DNA of 64,000 nt from Lytechinus pictus. Taxonomy: Eukaryota. The notes under the pieces are model-generated. The model was not told where the DNA came from and searched no databases. It saw only the letters and a list, made by a program, of their open reading frames with translations. Within the stretch, counting starts at the first letter, position 1. Every line of letters begins with the position of its first letter. Position numbers and translations under genes: made by a program. The stretch is from contig NC_087245.1 in the NCBI RefSeq assembly GCF_037042905.1, positions 35,156,001-35,220,000 of the forward strand. Reading direction: 5' to 3'. Positions 1 through 12,816 of this stretch are shown here, piece after piece.

Positions 1-600
1 TCGTTGATTCGTTGATTGATTGACTGGCAGACTGACAGACTAACTGACAGGCAGAAAGTCTGACAGACAAATTGTCTGGCAGACAAAAGTCTGACACACA
101 CAAAAACCTTGCAGTCAAAATGACTGACAGACAAAATATCTGACAGACTGACAGATAAAATGACACCAATATCTAACAGACTTTCTTACAGACTGACCGA
201 TTCAATGATTGCTTCGTTGATTTGTTCATTAATTTATTGATCGATTGTCTGGCAGACTGGCTGACAAGACTTGACAGGCAGAAAGACAAAAAAACGACTG
301 ACAGATAAAATAGCCTGACAGACAAACAAATTTTACAGACAAAAAATCTGACAGACAAAATGTATGACAGACAAAAAGTCTGACAGACAAAAAAAGGTCT
401 GACAGATAAAATTACTGAGATACGAGATGACCGACATACAAAATATCTGACAGAGATTCGTTCGTTGATTTATTGATTGATTGACTAACAAAATGGATTG
501 CAGACTGACAGAATGACAGACAGAATGGCTGACAAGCAGAATGACTAACAGATAACATGACTAACTTATTGCATACTGATTGGTTACTGATTGATATACC
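1..600. repeat. Degenerate low-complexity tetranucleotide repeat (GACA/GACT/GATT)
   Basis: Dense imperfect runs of ctgacagaca and ttgattgatt across the first 600 bp. Confidence 0.85.
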
Positions 601-1908
601 TGGTAAATGCCACTTGCATTGTTTCCTTGTTCACATTTGCATTTAACAATTCAATGAATCAACTTCATGATATAATTGATAAATGCCAATATATTAATAT
701 TGTGTTCTAATAATTCATTTGCAATCTATAAAGTGGGCGGGAAATGGGGTTATTATCAAACCCTCAAAACCGTTTATATTTTGTGTATGTATCGCTGATT
801 TTTCAACTTATTTAGAATTTTTAGCTTGCGCGACCGGCCGGGCATCGCGCTTGCATTGATTGTTAATTGAGAAACACATCTTGTTCTTTATTCAATAACG
901 TGCTTTGAATTTCCAGTTTTCCAATCGAAAGTTTTCCAGACTAGCTCGCGCTTCGGGCTCGACTTATTTTTCAAAATTAGATACACCAGCTCGCACTTGG
1001 CACTTTCATGATTACAAAAAAAAATGCACATGTCCCCTTTTTAGGTCTAACTCTAGAAATTTCAGCACACTCTTCGCCCTCACAAGATAATCGAATCATG
1101 TGTGAGATTTTTACATAATGTTTAGATTAAGATATTAACCCTTTTCTCTTTTTATTTTCTTTCTTTACCTTTTTTTCTAGGTGTTGAATTTTTGTTTGCC
1201 CCACCCCTTCTCTAATCCAATGTGACCCTTTAATATCTCGTAATATTGATGTTTTTTCAACTTGAATATGAAACAAATTATTAGAGGCCTATATGCAAAC
1301 CGCCATTCGATTTTACATGATTTGAGTGATGCATTACTTATTTATAATATTTATGAGCCTTATGCTCATAAATATTATCATTGATCAAACTGAAGCCCAT
1401 ACAAGAAGCAAGGAGTTTCTTTAAAACGATGCAGACAATCACCGCCCATAAACAATACGCCGAGTCAGTGTTCATTCAAAATAGGTTAATGCGGTATATG
1501 CACTGAGGCGAATGAGCACACAATGGCGGGAAATTTTGAAAAGCTGATGGACAGCCGAAAGTGAATGTCTTTTGTCGACAGGAATGCAAGCCATGTGACA
1601 ACAGTAATGGCGGACATGAGAAGGCGCCACAACGACCATGAGGACAGCAAATCTATAAGTATAACCAGCGGATAAGTGTTCTCAAATAATTGGACATCAG
1701 ACAGATTTTCTTTTCCTGATATTACTACATTCATGGGAGAAAAAGAAGGAAGCTGCAGTGATTTTAAACATGATTTTTGTAATGACAAGGTAAGTGTGAG
1801 TGCACATGGAGATGTAACTGAGAACAAGGTTATATCATTACCTTGTTCATTGAATGAGTGTTACAACCCAGGACCAAAATCCAATTGAAACCAGTTGGAT
1901 TTCACTTC

Positions 1909-2537
1909 AGGTGGTACTCCGGGCTGAAAATGATTTTAAGTATTAAGAACAGTCAAATTCATCGAGCAAATCGCTAAATAGTTCATCAGAATCTGGAAAT
2001 AAATAACGAGGTTAATGAATTCTAAACTTTAGCAACATTTTGTGAAAACATTTACATGTATATGTACACTGTTATGAATATCCATTAGGTGGGCTGATGA
2101 CGTCATGTCCCCACTTTTCTCTTTCTTGTGTTATTACATGAAATCATAATTATTTCATATTTTCATGTGAGTATGATTATGTTTCCCTACAAGTAACGAA
2201 ATAAAATTGCTGTAATGACTATATACATTATACATTATTCAGTTTTCAATCAAATTGCTTTCATCCTTGGTGGGAAAAAATTGAATAAATACGATATCAC
2301 ATCATAATAAAATACAAGAGAATACGAAGTGGGGGATGTGTAATCGTAAGCTTACTCATTGCATATTCATGAGGACATGCACAGAGCTGTAGTGCCGAAA
2401 TAATGCAAAGTTTTGGAATGTCATACAATATCTTTGTTATTCCTTTTCCGATTTTGATGAGATTTACAGTGTTTTGTGCGTCTGATTTTTTTAAATCTAT
2501 TCAAACCATATCATTTACAGCCTGGAGAACCCCTTAA
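1909..2537. mobile_element. Decayed TTAA-type (Kolobok-like) non-autonomous DNA element
   Basis: Imperfect TIRs (ggtggtactccgggctgaaaatgat ... atcatttacagcctggagaacccc-ttaa). The internal motifs resemble those of the cleaner elements at 7701 and 33811. Confidence 0.55.
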
Positions 2538-3225
2538 ACCAAAGGTCAAGATTTTGAATTTCCAAGATAATTTTGAAGTTTTCAGTATAGTATCATGTTA
2601 AAAATGAATAGGGGTAATAAATCTGGTAATGCCGAATACCCTTCGATTTTTGGCAGTACACACTGGCATGACTGAGACCAAAAAGTAATATTAAACTGTG
2701 TGAGAATGGCTATTGTATATCACTCATGATATGAAAGGAATAACAAGTTTCTTAGTTATAAGGTGAAACATTATTTGAGGTCGGCGAACTTAGGATTTTA
2801 TTCTCATATAAATTATTATTTTTTAATTATCATTCATCTTACATGTAATTGTTTTCAAAGTTGTAACTGCTGCTATATAGAATTTCCCAATCATGGGAAC
2901 GTACAAATGAGAACCTCGTAATATTCTATTTTATTTTAAGTAATGAGTATATTTGACGCTGTGACATATTGACATTGTGCCACTTTTTCCGAATAAAAAC
3001 TTTTGAACAATTTGAATTGTAGTGAGGCTGTGCAGTGTGCATGTAGAAAGCTGAATGGTTGATCTACCGGATATAAATATCAAGATTTGTGGATTCTCGT
3101 ACTTTTATCATTTATAGGGGCAAATGAATTGCTTATAATCACATATTAAAAAACAACAACAAACCTATTTACCTTACATAAAATTCATGCATTTTATATA
3201 GAAGAGAAGATATCAATATATGTAA

Positions 3226-4600
3226 TACCTTGGTCATATTTGCTCTACGGCGCACAGTGGGCCAGAATGAGTTGAAAGTGCGCCAAAATTATATTCCGAG
3301 TTAGATTTTTAGTTTAACATGTTGCTTTTGGGTAATTTTGGGCGTAGAATCGACTGAACATAATCTAAAGCCGATATGACGTCACCTTGATACCAAATTT
3401 TGATTGGCTGCTTAAAACCTATTTGTGAAAATACAAATTACGCTAAACAATGTGTGGTATATAAATTTTGTGTTATGTGCTACTTTAAGATTGACCAGAG
3501 TGAATGTTGGTTTATGTTTCTCACATGCCTAAAAGGTGTGTATGATATGCCGAAAATAATTTTATGTCATCAAAATGATCATTAATTAGATTTATAAAAA
3601 AAAAAATTAAAATATGAAAAATATTAACAGCGCTTTATCAAGCTGTGTTGACTTGTGTAAAACGCAGAGTATATAACACCACGAATGTATCACTATGAAG
3701 AGGGTTTTTGGCTGAAATTATTCTACAAGTAAGTTTAACTCTAGAAGAGTTGTGGGTATAGCCCTTATTTGCGTTAGCAACCTTTTTTTTTGTTTATTAT
3801 GCCCGGAATTCATGTCATTTTCATGGAATGGAAGGGGAATCGTCCTCGCCGTGCAAAAGCGAACGGCAATGTACACCCATACGGTGCGCTACGATGACTG
3901 CGCGGTATAAAAATGACCGTTTTTTAACAGGTTTTTGGGGGTGTTGTGTGATGACAACGGGCAAAAACGAGCAGCTAAACTTGGTATCGATTTAAAGCTT
4001 AGACATCGGGAAAAATGATGCTTATAGAATTTAGACGGAAATCCACGGAAATCTAAACGTTTATAATGTAAATGCAAAAAACATGGATTTTCAGCCTATT
4101 TCGAGGAATAATCATCCTATAAACCGCCTGAAAGGTGTCTTTTATCTACTTTGAACCCTTTACTACGAAAAAAGAATATTTCAGGATTATGTTGGAGCCA
4201 TTTCAGATTCCTACATGAAAAACCTCCTGTGAAATGGCCTGTTTTTCAACTAGGTTATCATATACGCGAAATTTCGCAAAATGTCACATTTTACGATTTG
4301 AGGTAGGAAATTAACAACCTTTATGCAAATTCCGGAATGAAATATTTTGCTGAAGTATTCTTCAAAGTGTTGTCTTTCAGCTGGGCATAACAAAAATTAA
4401 AAATCTGAAATTGCCCAAAATGACTTTTGGCGCACTTTTGTTTCGCCCCGGCCCACTTTGCGGCGGCCGTACGGAGAGTCAAAAACAGCCGTTTTAACAT
4501 TTTTTGTTCCAACTATATATAGGTGGTTTGCATTAGAATTAATAAAACGGCTGTTTTCGACTCGCCGTACGGCCGCCGTAGAGCAAATGTGACCAAGGTA
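3226..4600. mobile_element. PIF/Harbinger-like (Tourist-type) MITE of ~160 bp, split by a nested 1.2-kb insertion
   Basis: Removing 3253-4465 restores a ~57-bp TIR (TACCTTGGTCAyATTTGCTCTACGGCGGCCGTACGG...CAGCCGTTTT) matching 4544-4600. TAA flanks both ends (3223-3225, 4601-4603). Confidence 0.85.
3253..4460. mobile_element. Non-autonomous Transib/RAG-like DNA transposon (1208 bp)
   Basis: Ends are CACAGTGGGCC ... GGCCCACTTTG, with 36-bp bipartite TIRs. The 5-bp GC-rich TSD CGGCG is at 3248-3252 and 4461-4465. No transposase ORF inside. Confidence 0.8.
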
Positions 4601-4779
4601 TAAATCCCTGATGACTATTCTTTTGATTGTTTTATGATTGCAGGATTGCACCGCGTATGCTTCTGTCTTCTTTGATGAAGAGATAGATGAACCCCTTATG
4701 AATCATCAAAGTCTGAACCCCCATCAGACAACCAGGCAGCATCTATGCATTATGCAGGCAACATCATCCATACACCATT

Positions 4780-6565
4780 CAGACGGCATCCAATTAAGCA
4801 CCATACCATGCAAGCAACCAGACATCGTCAAGGCACTACACCAAGCAACCAGACATCATCCAGGCACCAAACCAAGCAACTAGACAGCATCCAGGTACCA
4901 TACCAAGCAACCGGACATCATCCAGGCACCATACCAAACAACCAGACAGCATCCAAGTACCATACCAAACAACCAGACAGTATCAAGGCTGCGCACCAAG
5001 CAACGAGACATCATCCAGGCACCACACTAAGCAAACAGACATCATCCAAGCACCATACCAAGTAACTAGACAGCATCCAGGTACCATACCAAGCAACCGG
5101 ACATCATCCAGCCACCAGTACACCAAGCAACCAGACAGCATCCAGGCAAGCAACCAGACATCATCCAGGCATCACACCAAGCAACTAGACAGAATCCAGA
5201 TACCACACCTAGCAACCATACAGCATCCAGGCACCACACCAAGCAACCGAACATCATCCAGGCACCACACCAAGCAACCGGACAGCAAGCAACCGGACAT
5301 CATCCAGGCACCACACCAAGCAACCGGACATCATCCAGGCACCACTAAGCAACCAGACATCATCCAGGCACCACACCAAGCAACCAGACATCATCCAGGC
5401 GCCACACCAAGCAGTGTTTTAAGAGTTGCGATTGATTGCAACTCTTTATGCTATGGGCCCCAGACATCATCCAGGCACCACACCAGGCACCACACTAAGC
5501 ACACAAACAGCATCCAGGTACCATACCAAGCAACCAGACATCATCCAGGTACCACACCAAGCAACTAGACAGCATCCAGGCACCATACCAAGCAACCAGA
5601 CAGCATCCAGGTACCATACCAAGCAACTAGACAGAATCCAGATACCACACCTAGCAACCATACAGCATCCAGGCACCACACCAAGCAACCGGACATCATC
5701 CAGGCACCACACCAAGCAACCGGACATCATCCAGGCACCACACCAAGCAACCAGACATCATCCAGGCACCACACCAAGCAACCGGACATCATCCAGGCAA
5801 CACACCAAGCAACCAGACAACATCCAGGTACCATACCAAGCAACCAGACATCAGCCAGGCACCACACCAAGCAACTAGACAGAATCCAGATACCACACCT
5901 AGCAACCATACAGCATCCAGGCACCACACCAAGCAACCGGACATCAGCCAGGCACCACACTAAGCAACCAGACATCATCAAAGCACCACACCAAGCAACC
6001 AGACATCATCCAGGCACCACACCAAGCAACCGGACATCATCCAGGCACCACAACAAGCAACCAGACATCATCCAGGCACCACACCAAGCAACCAGACATC
6101 ATCCAGGCACCACACCAAGCAACCATACGTCATCCAGGCGCCACACCAAGCAGTGTTTTAAGAGTTGCGATTGATTGCAACTCTTTATGCTATGGGCCCC
6201 AGACATCATCCAGGCACCACACCAGGCACCACACTAAGCACACAGACAGCATCCAGGTACCATACCAAGCAACCAGACATCATCCAGGTACCACACCAAG
6301 CAACTAGACAGCATCCAGGCACCATACCAAGCAACCAGACAGCATCCAGGTACCATACCAAGCAACTAGACAGAATCCAGATACCACACCTAGCAACCGG
6401 ACATCATCCAGGCACCACACCAAGCAACCCAACAACATCCAGGTACCATACCAAGCAACTAGATAGAATCCAGATACCACACCTAGCAACCAGACACCAC
6501 ACCAAGCAATCAGACAGCATCTAGGCACCACAACAAGCAACCAGACAGCATCAGGCACCACATCA
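4780..6565. repeat. 31-bp minisatellite (consensus ACCAGACATCATCCAGGCACCACACCAAGCA) with a 739-bp higher-order duplication
   Basis: More than 50 imperfect units. An identical non-unit insert occurs at ~5412 and ~6151, 739 bp apart. Confidence 0.95.
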
Positions 6566-7700
6566 AACTAACGAGGGTTCTGATGATCTTGATGCAATCA
6601 GTGGAGGTCTAACCAATCCATCTCTAATATGTCCCTGAAGCAGGAAAAACTGGGTAGGAAAAGGAATAAAAGGGAGGAAATCACAAAGGAGACCCTGATG
6701 TTCCTTGAGGTAAAGATAGAAAGTCCTCGTCCAGTAACTCAAACTCTTTTATTTTTTGATTTGTTGATAAGATCAGTGTATATGTCCATTGAGATAGCAT
6801 TTTTTCTAACCAGGGTGTCATAATATAATCGCTTATGCTTCATTCGAGGTCCCTTGAGATAAGTTTAGTTCAGATGAAAGTATCGTATGCAACTATTGGT
6901 TATTTCAGAAACACAAAATACAACTTTTAGTGGACTTGTTAATAATTGTCCTTTTAATTTTAGATGATCGGAGCAGCAAGGGTGAGGGCACAAAACCCCA
7001 TCATAATGTAGTCATGTATTTTGTATACAAGAAAATGATTGTAACTATTTGAATACATGTTATTTTCAGGATTTTAGGTTATTTTGTAGATTTGTTTATA
7101 TTTTTTGCTTGTTTGCACACATACAAGAGAACTGTTGCTGAGCTAGTGTCATGAGCGATTTGATCGCATTACAGACTGTCAAAAGAACAAGAAATCAGAG
7201 ACAGAAAACTTCATGAAGGTCCCACATATATAGGGGGCCGGACGTACTTAACGGAATTGCCCACATTGCATAAAGTTGTGTTCTCAGTTAAGACAACATT
7301 GTTTCCCAATACAATTTATGTTTCATCATAATGATTTAACTTCCCCTGCCCTGTTTGTCTCTCTGCCTTATTTATAGCCGATGATGACCGCAGCACCAGT
7401 ATCTTGGTTCTCTCACTGGTCAGTGCTTGTTGCTTGACACATGAATATGGTGATCACCATTGACCATGACAGCCAATATTGTTGATAGAGAACACATCTA
7501 TTACTCAGGTAACATTTGCTTTATCCTCTTCAAAGAATATCAAAAAATAGATCAGGTTGGTGTTTCATAAAGATGTTCGTAAGTTACGAGCGAACCATCA
7601 TACCTCAACTAAAACAACACCATTGGAAATCTGGTGTGCATCATTCACCACAATTAAGAAAGGATCACCAGTCGTATGTTAACTCGCTCGTATAACTTAA

Positions 7701-8301
7701 AGGTCAAGTCCACCCCAGGAAAATGTAGATCTGAATAAATAGAGAAGAATTAAACTAGCATAACACTGAAAATTTCATCAAAATTGGATGTAAAATAAGG
7801 AAGTTATGACATTTCAAAGTTTTGCTTATTTTTCGCAAAATAGTGATATGCACAACTCAGTTGCATGCAAATGAGACAGACGATGATGTCCCTCACTCAC
7901 TATTTCTTTTGTTTTTTATTGTTTGAATTATACAATATTTTATTTTTTACAGATTTGACGATAAGAACCAACTTGACTGAACCATATAGTATCAAACAAT
8001 GATAAATACCACATGTTCAGGAAGGTATCATTCGTTGTATCACTTGACAATGAGGAGAAAATTAGAATATTTCATATTTCATATAATAAAATACAAAAGA
8101 AATAGTGATTGAGTGACATCAATTCCCTCATTTGCAAACCGACCAGGATGTGCATATTACTGCTTTGTGAAATTAAGCGAAACTTTAAAATATAATTTCT
8201 TTCTTATTTTACATCCGATTTTGATGAAAGTTTCAGTGTTATCCTTGTTGGATATTTCTCTTTTTATTCAAATCAACTTTTTGTTGGGGTGGACTTGTCC
8301 T
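7701..8301 (+). mobile_element. TTAA-target MITE (Kolobok-like; AGG...CCT ends)
   Basis: TIR AGGTCAAGTCCACCCCA / TGGGGTGGACTTGTCCT, with TTAA at 7697-7700 and 8302-8305. A second copy lies inverted at 33811-34418. Confidence 0.88.
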
Positions 8302-8579
8302 TTAACATTCAGATTGGGATCATCTCTGGCATTAATTGGTTTGATTTCGTACTCCCGTGCCCCGTGATTTAATGAAAATGTATATCTTATTTTGGATGCT
8401 TTGAAAAGTATGACGAGGAGTTGTGTACTACTAGGTGTGGGCCAACCGGCCAAGAAACCTTTTTTTCTTTGTTTGTTAATAATGAATTGTAATGATTCCC
8501 CTTTCAGGTGTTGATGATTACTATTGTTTGGACCAATCCTCATTGATTATACAATGTAAACATAATCTGGTGAACGCCT

Positions 8580-8860
8580 TCAGAAATGAAATGAATGAAT
8601 AGATGAATTAATACAATGTGAATAAATGGATGAATAAGTAATTGAATAGACCGATAAATAGTAAATGATGAACGAATAGATGAATTAATACAATGTGAAA
8701 ATGGATGAATAATTAAATGAATAGATAATGAATAAATAGATCGATAGCTAGATAATGAAAATAAATAAAACAATGGATGAATTTGATAAATAAATTAACT
8801 GATTAATCAATATTCAAAGAATCAAATGAGCAGATGAATGAAATTAATGAATACATGAAA
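8580..8860. repeat. Degenerate (GAAT/GATA) low-complexity repeat
   Basis: Repeated atgaatgaatagatgaattaat motifs. Confidence 0.7.
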
Positions 8861-9129
8861 CCATGAACAGACAAATAATAGAGTATAGTATTTCATATGC
8901 CTTTTCATACAGGCAAATCGGTTGCTCTTTTGTACCATGCAGTAATGTATGATTCTTGATTCTTTAGTCTGCTTACTTTCTTGGCGGTAGTAATCTTCAT
9001 CGCCGTGTAGTTTCGTATAGTTCACAAGATAAATGCAGAAATATAGAAAATAAGTAGAACATACTGCCCCAACGAAAATTCAGATAGAAAATGAAAACTG
9101 CGTTGGAGACAAAAATTGAAATAGATCTG

Positions 9130-9279
9130 GGATCGGTTTCATATGAAACTTGTTATAATAACAAATTTGCATTAACAGTTAAAAGCTACTGAAATCCTTC
9201 AATCTGATTGGATGATAGTGAACTATTGTAGAAATTTTGCATTTGTTATTATAACAATGTTTTTATGAAATGGAATCCT
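9130..9279. mobile_element. Short palindromic MITE
   Basis: Arms tttcatatgaaacttgttataataacaaa / tttgttattataacaatgtttttatgaaa. The central aagctactg...tctgattgg motif is shared with the element at 12688. Confidence 0.6.
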
Positions 9280-10752
9280 GATCGTTAAGGGAGTAAAGTT
9301 CATTTTCTGGCAAAGACATGGATATTTCTTCTTCTTTTTTTTAGGTACTCCGTAATGATGTATTTCTGAAATGTTTTATTAATGTATTAGATACATATAT
9401 CATTCTTCTGAATGGTAATGATATCTGTATCGGCTTTAAGGGGCAGCAAACTGACAAACACTCCATTGACTGTACGATGTAATTACGAATTACTGCCTGT
9501 ATGAATACATCCAGAAGTGATTTTAGCATGTTATGATATTAAGTGGACCTATGTATGGGTTGTTTTACAATCAGGGTATACCGAGATGTCTCATTTGACT
9601 AAAAAAAAAGTTGCCCTTTCCCCCTCAATTATAATGTGTGTGTTGTAAACAAGTGATGATAATCATTTCAAATTGTGTGGCATGTCAGCCACATTTATTC
9701 TTTTTTTTTTTTTTTTAGGGATTCAATCTTTTAATTACATGTTCTGCCAATTGCTTCATTTTTAGGAGAGGACACTTTGGAACATTGGAACTTCTGGAAA
9801 ATAAGTGGATGTGGGGTAAATTAACATTCTCAGTTTGTTGCATCCATACAAGTGTTCATATACACACACACACCCACACACACACAAAATTTTAATCAAA
9901 TAATGGATTATCTAATTATAATAAAATTTAATTTAATATTTCATTTCAAAAATCAATTCTGATTGGAAAAAACAATACCTATGCCTAATGATCACTAATT
10001 ATAAAGATGTGAGGGCTCGAAATTGGAAAAAACAAAATTAGACTAATTATGGCCCTAAAATTCCAGATATGGTCACTTCTGAGAAGTAAATGTGTATTTC
10101 AAAATTCCAATAATGGAAAAGGTTCTCTTGCAGGTTGTTCAAACAGCGTCTAACAGATTTGAGATTGCAATTCAATTATTTCTTATGATGCACAGATTGA
10201 ATTGTTTTCAAGGTATACTCTGACTGTAAAACAACCCATAACAAGAATAAAATGCTTATTATGGGTTTTGAACTGGGTTAGATTTGAGTAGTTGAAGACT
10301 CTAGGTGGTGCAATTAAGGCTGCTAGTTCGTATCTGCTTAAGGTTATCAAAAATAAGTTTTGTTAAGAAATTATGTATATTATTTGAAATTTGATTTTTC
10401 TTTTGTATTTCCCCAAATCGTCTAGGCAAAATAACGAATTTTAAATCATTATCAGAGGAATTCATCGGTAAATCGGTCTACCGTATTCTACCTTATTTCT
10501 TAAGTGCTCTTGAAAAATCTGAACTACAAGTATCTCTGCAAATAATGTATGTTTGCAAATTACATTATTGGCCTAAATTTTTTATTTATTTTGCCTGGAC
10601 GATTGATTATTAAATGATCATATTACACCTCCTTGTTGTAACTTGTATTTATTACCCCTCCACCTCTCTCTCCCATCTATCCCTCTCTGTCTCTCTGTCT
10701 CCTCTCCCTTCCCTCTCTGTCTTCCCCTCATCTCCCCCCCCCACCATCTACA

Positions 10753-10855
10753 GGGGCTTTCACACTTAGTTGCGCGAGCTTTTGATTCCACTATATTTTG
10801 CAGACAATAGTATTGCTCATAAATGATTGATAAAGCAACCTAATGTGAAAGCCCT
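10753..10855. mobile_element. Short palindromic MITE (~100 bp)
   Basis: TIR GGGCTTTCACA(ctt)AGTTGC / GCAACCTAATGTGAAAGCCC. Confidence 0.55.
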
Positions 10856-12102
10856 TTATACATCCGGTGAACTTCATGAAATGTATGTTCTCATTTCAAC
10901 AATCACTTCAGCAAAAAATGTAATTAACTTCCAATTATTGATTTAAAACCTTTTGTGACAGATGCAAGAAAAATGTGAAATTTAACGTTATCCAAAGAAA
11001 ATTACTTCTCTTTAGCATTGTCAATTCTTGTCTTGTAACTGGTATTTTTTTCACACCCTTTTAGTGACTTAATAATTATCAAAAATACAAATCAAATACC
11101 TGATTAAAAAATAGAATACAAATCAAATGTGTGACAAAGTATGCAGCACATTGGCAGAAAATGCTCTTCAAACGAAACTAAAATTTACATTTTGTGAAAT
11201 TCACCTTTGTAAACATCATACCTGTAATGTTGCAAAATGTATTGTTGTTGGCAACTAAGAACTTTTAATATTTCTAACTTTATGAACATGGAAAAAGAAT
11301 GGGTTGATTGATCAAGTATTCATTTGAGTGGATATTGGAATATTCCATAAACATAATTCCACATGGTTGCTATGGTATAAAAACTAAATTTATTGAAAAG
11401 AAGGAAAAAATTTGCCATCAATATCAATCAATTTTGCAACATTCACCTCCCCCTCACCCAAAAATCTGGAATCTGCAAGTCAAAATGTGACATTGTCCTT
11501 GAAAATACTCTAAAAGCTTAAATTTTGAGTCGACCATAAAATTGCCCCCCTCGAAAATAAAAATGGGGGCTGAATAAATTAAATCACTCTACCTTTGATG
11601 AAATAGAAACTGCACCTAAAAAAATTCACAATGATGCACCTTGACCTTCTAAATTTACTATCTTCGCATTGTACAGTACCCATGATAAAACTAAGAACTG
11701 GGCTTTCAAGAACAATGTCACATTTGGCTTGCAAATAAGGGGTCTTTGACATTTGCTCCTGAGACGATTGCTCTTCTGGAGGAAGATCCTTACATGAAGC
11801 GAAACATAACCCCGACCTCTAACCCAATGCTAATCCTACACTGAAAAACCAAAACCCAGGTCTTAACACTAACCCTTCTAGGGAAGGAGCAATTGACCCA
11901 GAAGCAAATATCACCTTATTACAGAAGAGGGGAGGGGGGAGATTACAATAGATAGAAAAGGTGGGGGTGGGAGATGAAGGGAGGGGAGGGGGTCAAAAAG
12001 AATAAGAAAAGGGGAGATGACAAAAAAAGGCAGCCTTGACACAAATAAGCATCACTAACATCAATGGATTTATTTTTCAAAGAAAAAAAATATAAAAAAA
12101 AT

Positions 12103-12412
12103 GACCAGCAGCCAAGAAGATTCATGCAAGTAAGGAGGTTGCCATAGCAGCTGACCTATCGATTCAATAGAGCAAACCCCAAACCTCACAAAATGGCCAG
12201 CAGCCTGATCCGAGCTGGGGGTCTTCCTGCCAGAATCACACAATACATGATGCCACTACCAAGAGTCTAATTTTCAAGTGTGCAGGGCGGGGCACTGGAC
12301 ACTGTCATGCATGATATACCCCATCCTTAATGCAGGTGCTTTATTTTCAAGTTCAATGATACCCTGCATAGCTAAGGGTAAGAAAGACAATGCATTGATT
12401 TTCCAAGTAATT
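12103..12412 (+). repeat. Left arm of a diverged ~310-bp inverted repeat pair (partner at 16471-16778)
   Basis: Colinear reverse-complement similarity over the whole length, including a perfect 24-mer (12222-12245 vs 16639-16662). Confidence 0.85.
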
Positions 12413-12687
12413 TTGTGTTTGCTTGGGGGGGGGGGGCTTCACCCACATCTACATTTGCCCCACCCCCCTCCTCTTCCCCCATCCCCCTTCCTTTTCTTTC
12501 TTCCAAATGAATCAGTGTGTTAATTTCCTTTGTAGTCTCTCTATTCACCCTTGGACAATTCTTTAATCTGCTCCCTATCTCATTACCCCCCCCCCTCCTC
12601 CCCTCTATTCCCCCTCTTTCTACAAGTTTATCTGTGAATCCACCTATTGTGTTCTCTCTTCATACCTCCCTGTACTATCCATCAAAG

Positions 12688-12816
12688 GGAGCATTTCATG
12701 AATATTCATGTCAGTGATTTTCACAGATGTTATAAGCTACTGTAAATCAATGCATCTGATTGGCTGAGAGAAATTAAGTGATAATCACAGACAAAACTCT
12801 TCATGAAATGCTCTCC
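12688..12816. mobile_element. Short palindromic MITE
   Basis: TIR GGAGCATTTCATGAA / TTCATGAAATGCTC(T)CC. Confidence 0.65.

Noticed and set aside
4745..6561. Long ORFs on both strands (up to 150 aa) rich in HQATRHHPGTTPSN-like repeats
   Set aside because: They are translations of a 31-bp unit, which is not a multiple of 3. Frames cycle and stops are scattered, so there is no coding signal.
4780..6565. CRISPR-like array (repeat length ~31 bp)
   Set aside because: Units are contiguous with no unique spacers, there are no cas genes and the context is eukaryotic.
12136..12149. RFX X-box-like motif GTTGCCATAGCAGC
   Set aside because: Mismatch in the right half-site, not conserved in the partner inverted arm, and no adjacent gene start.
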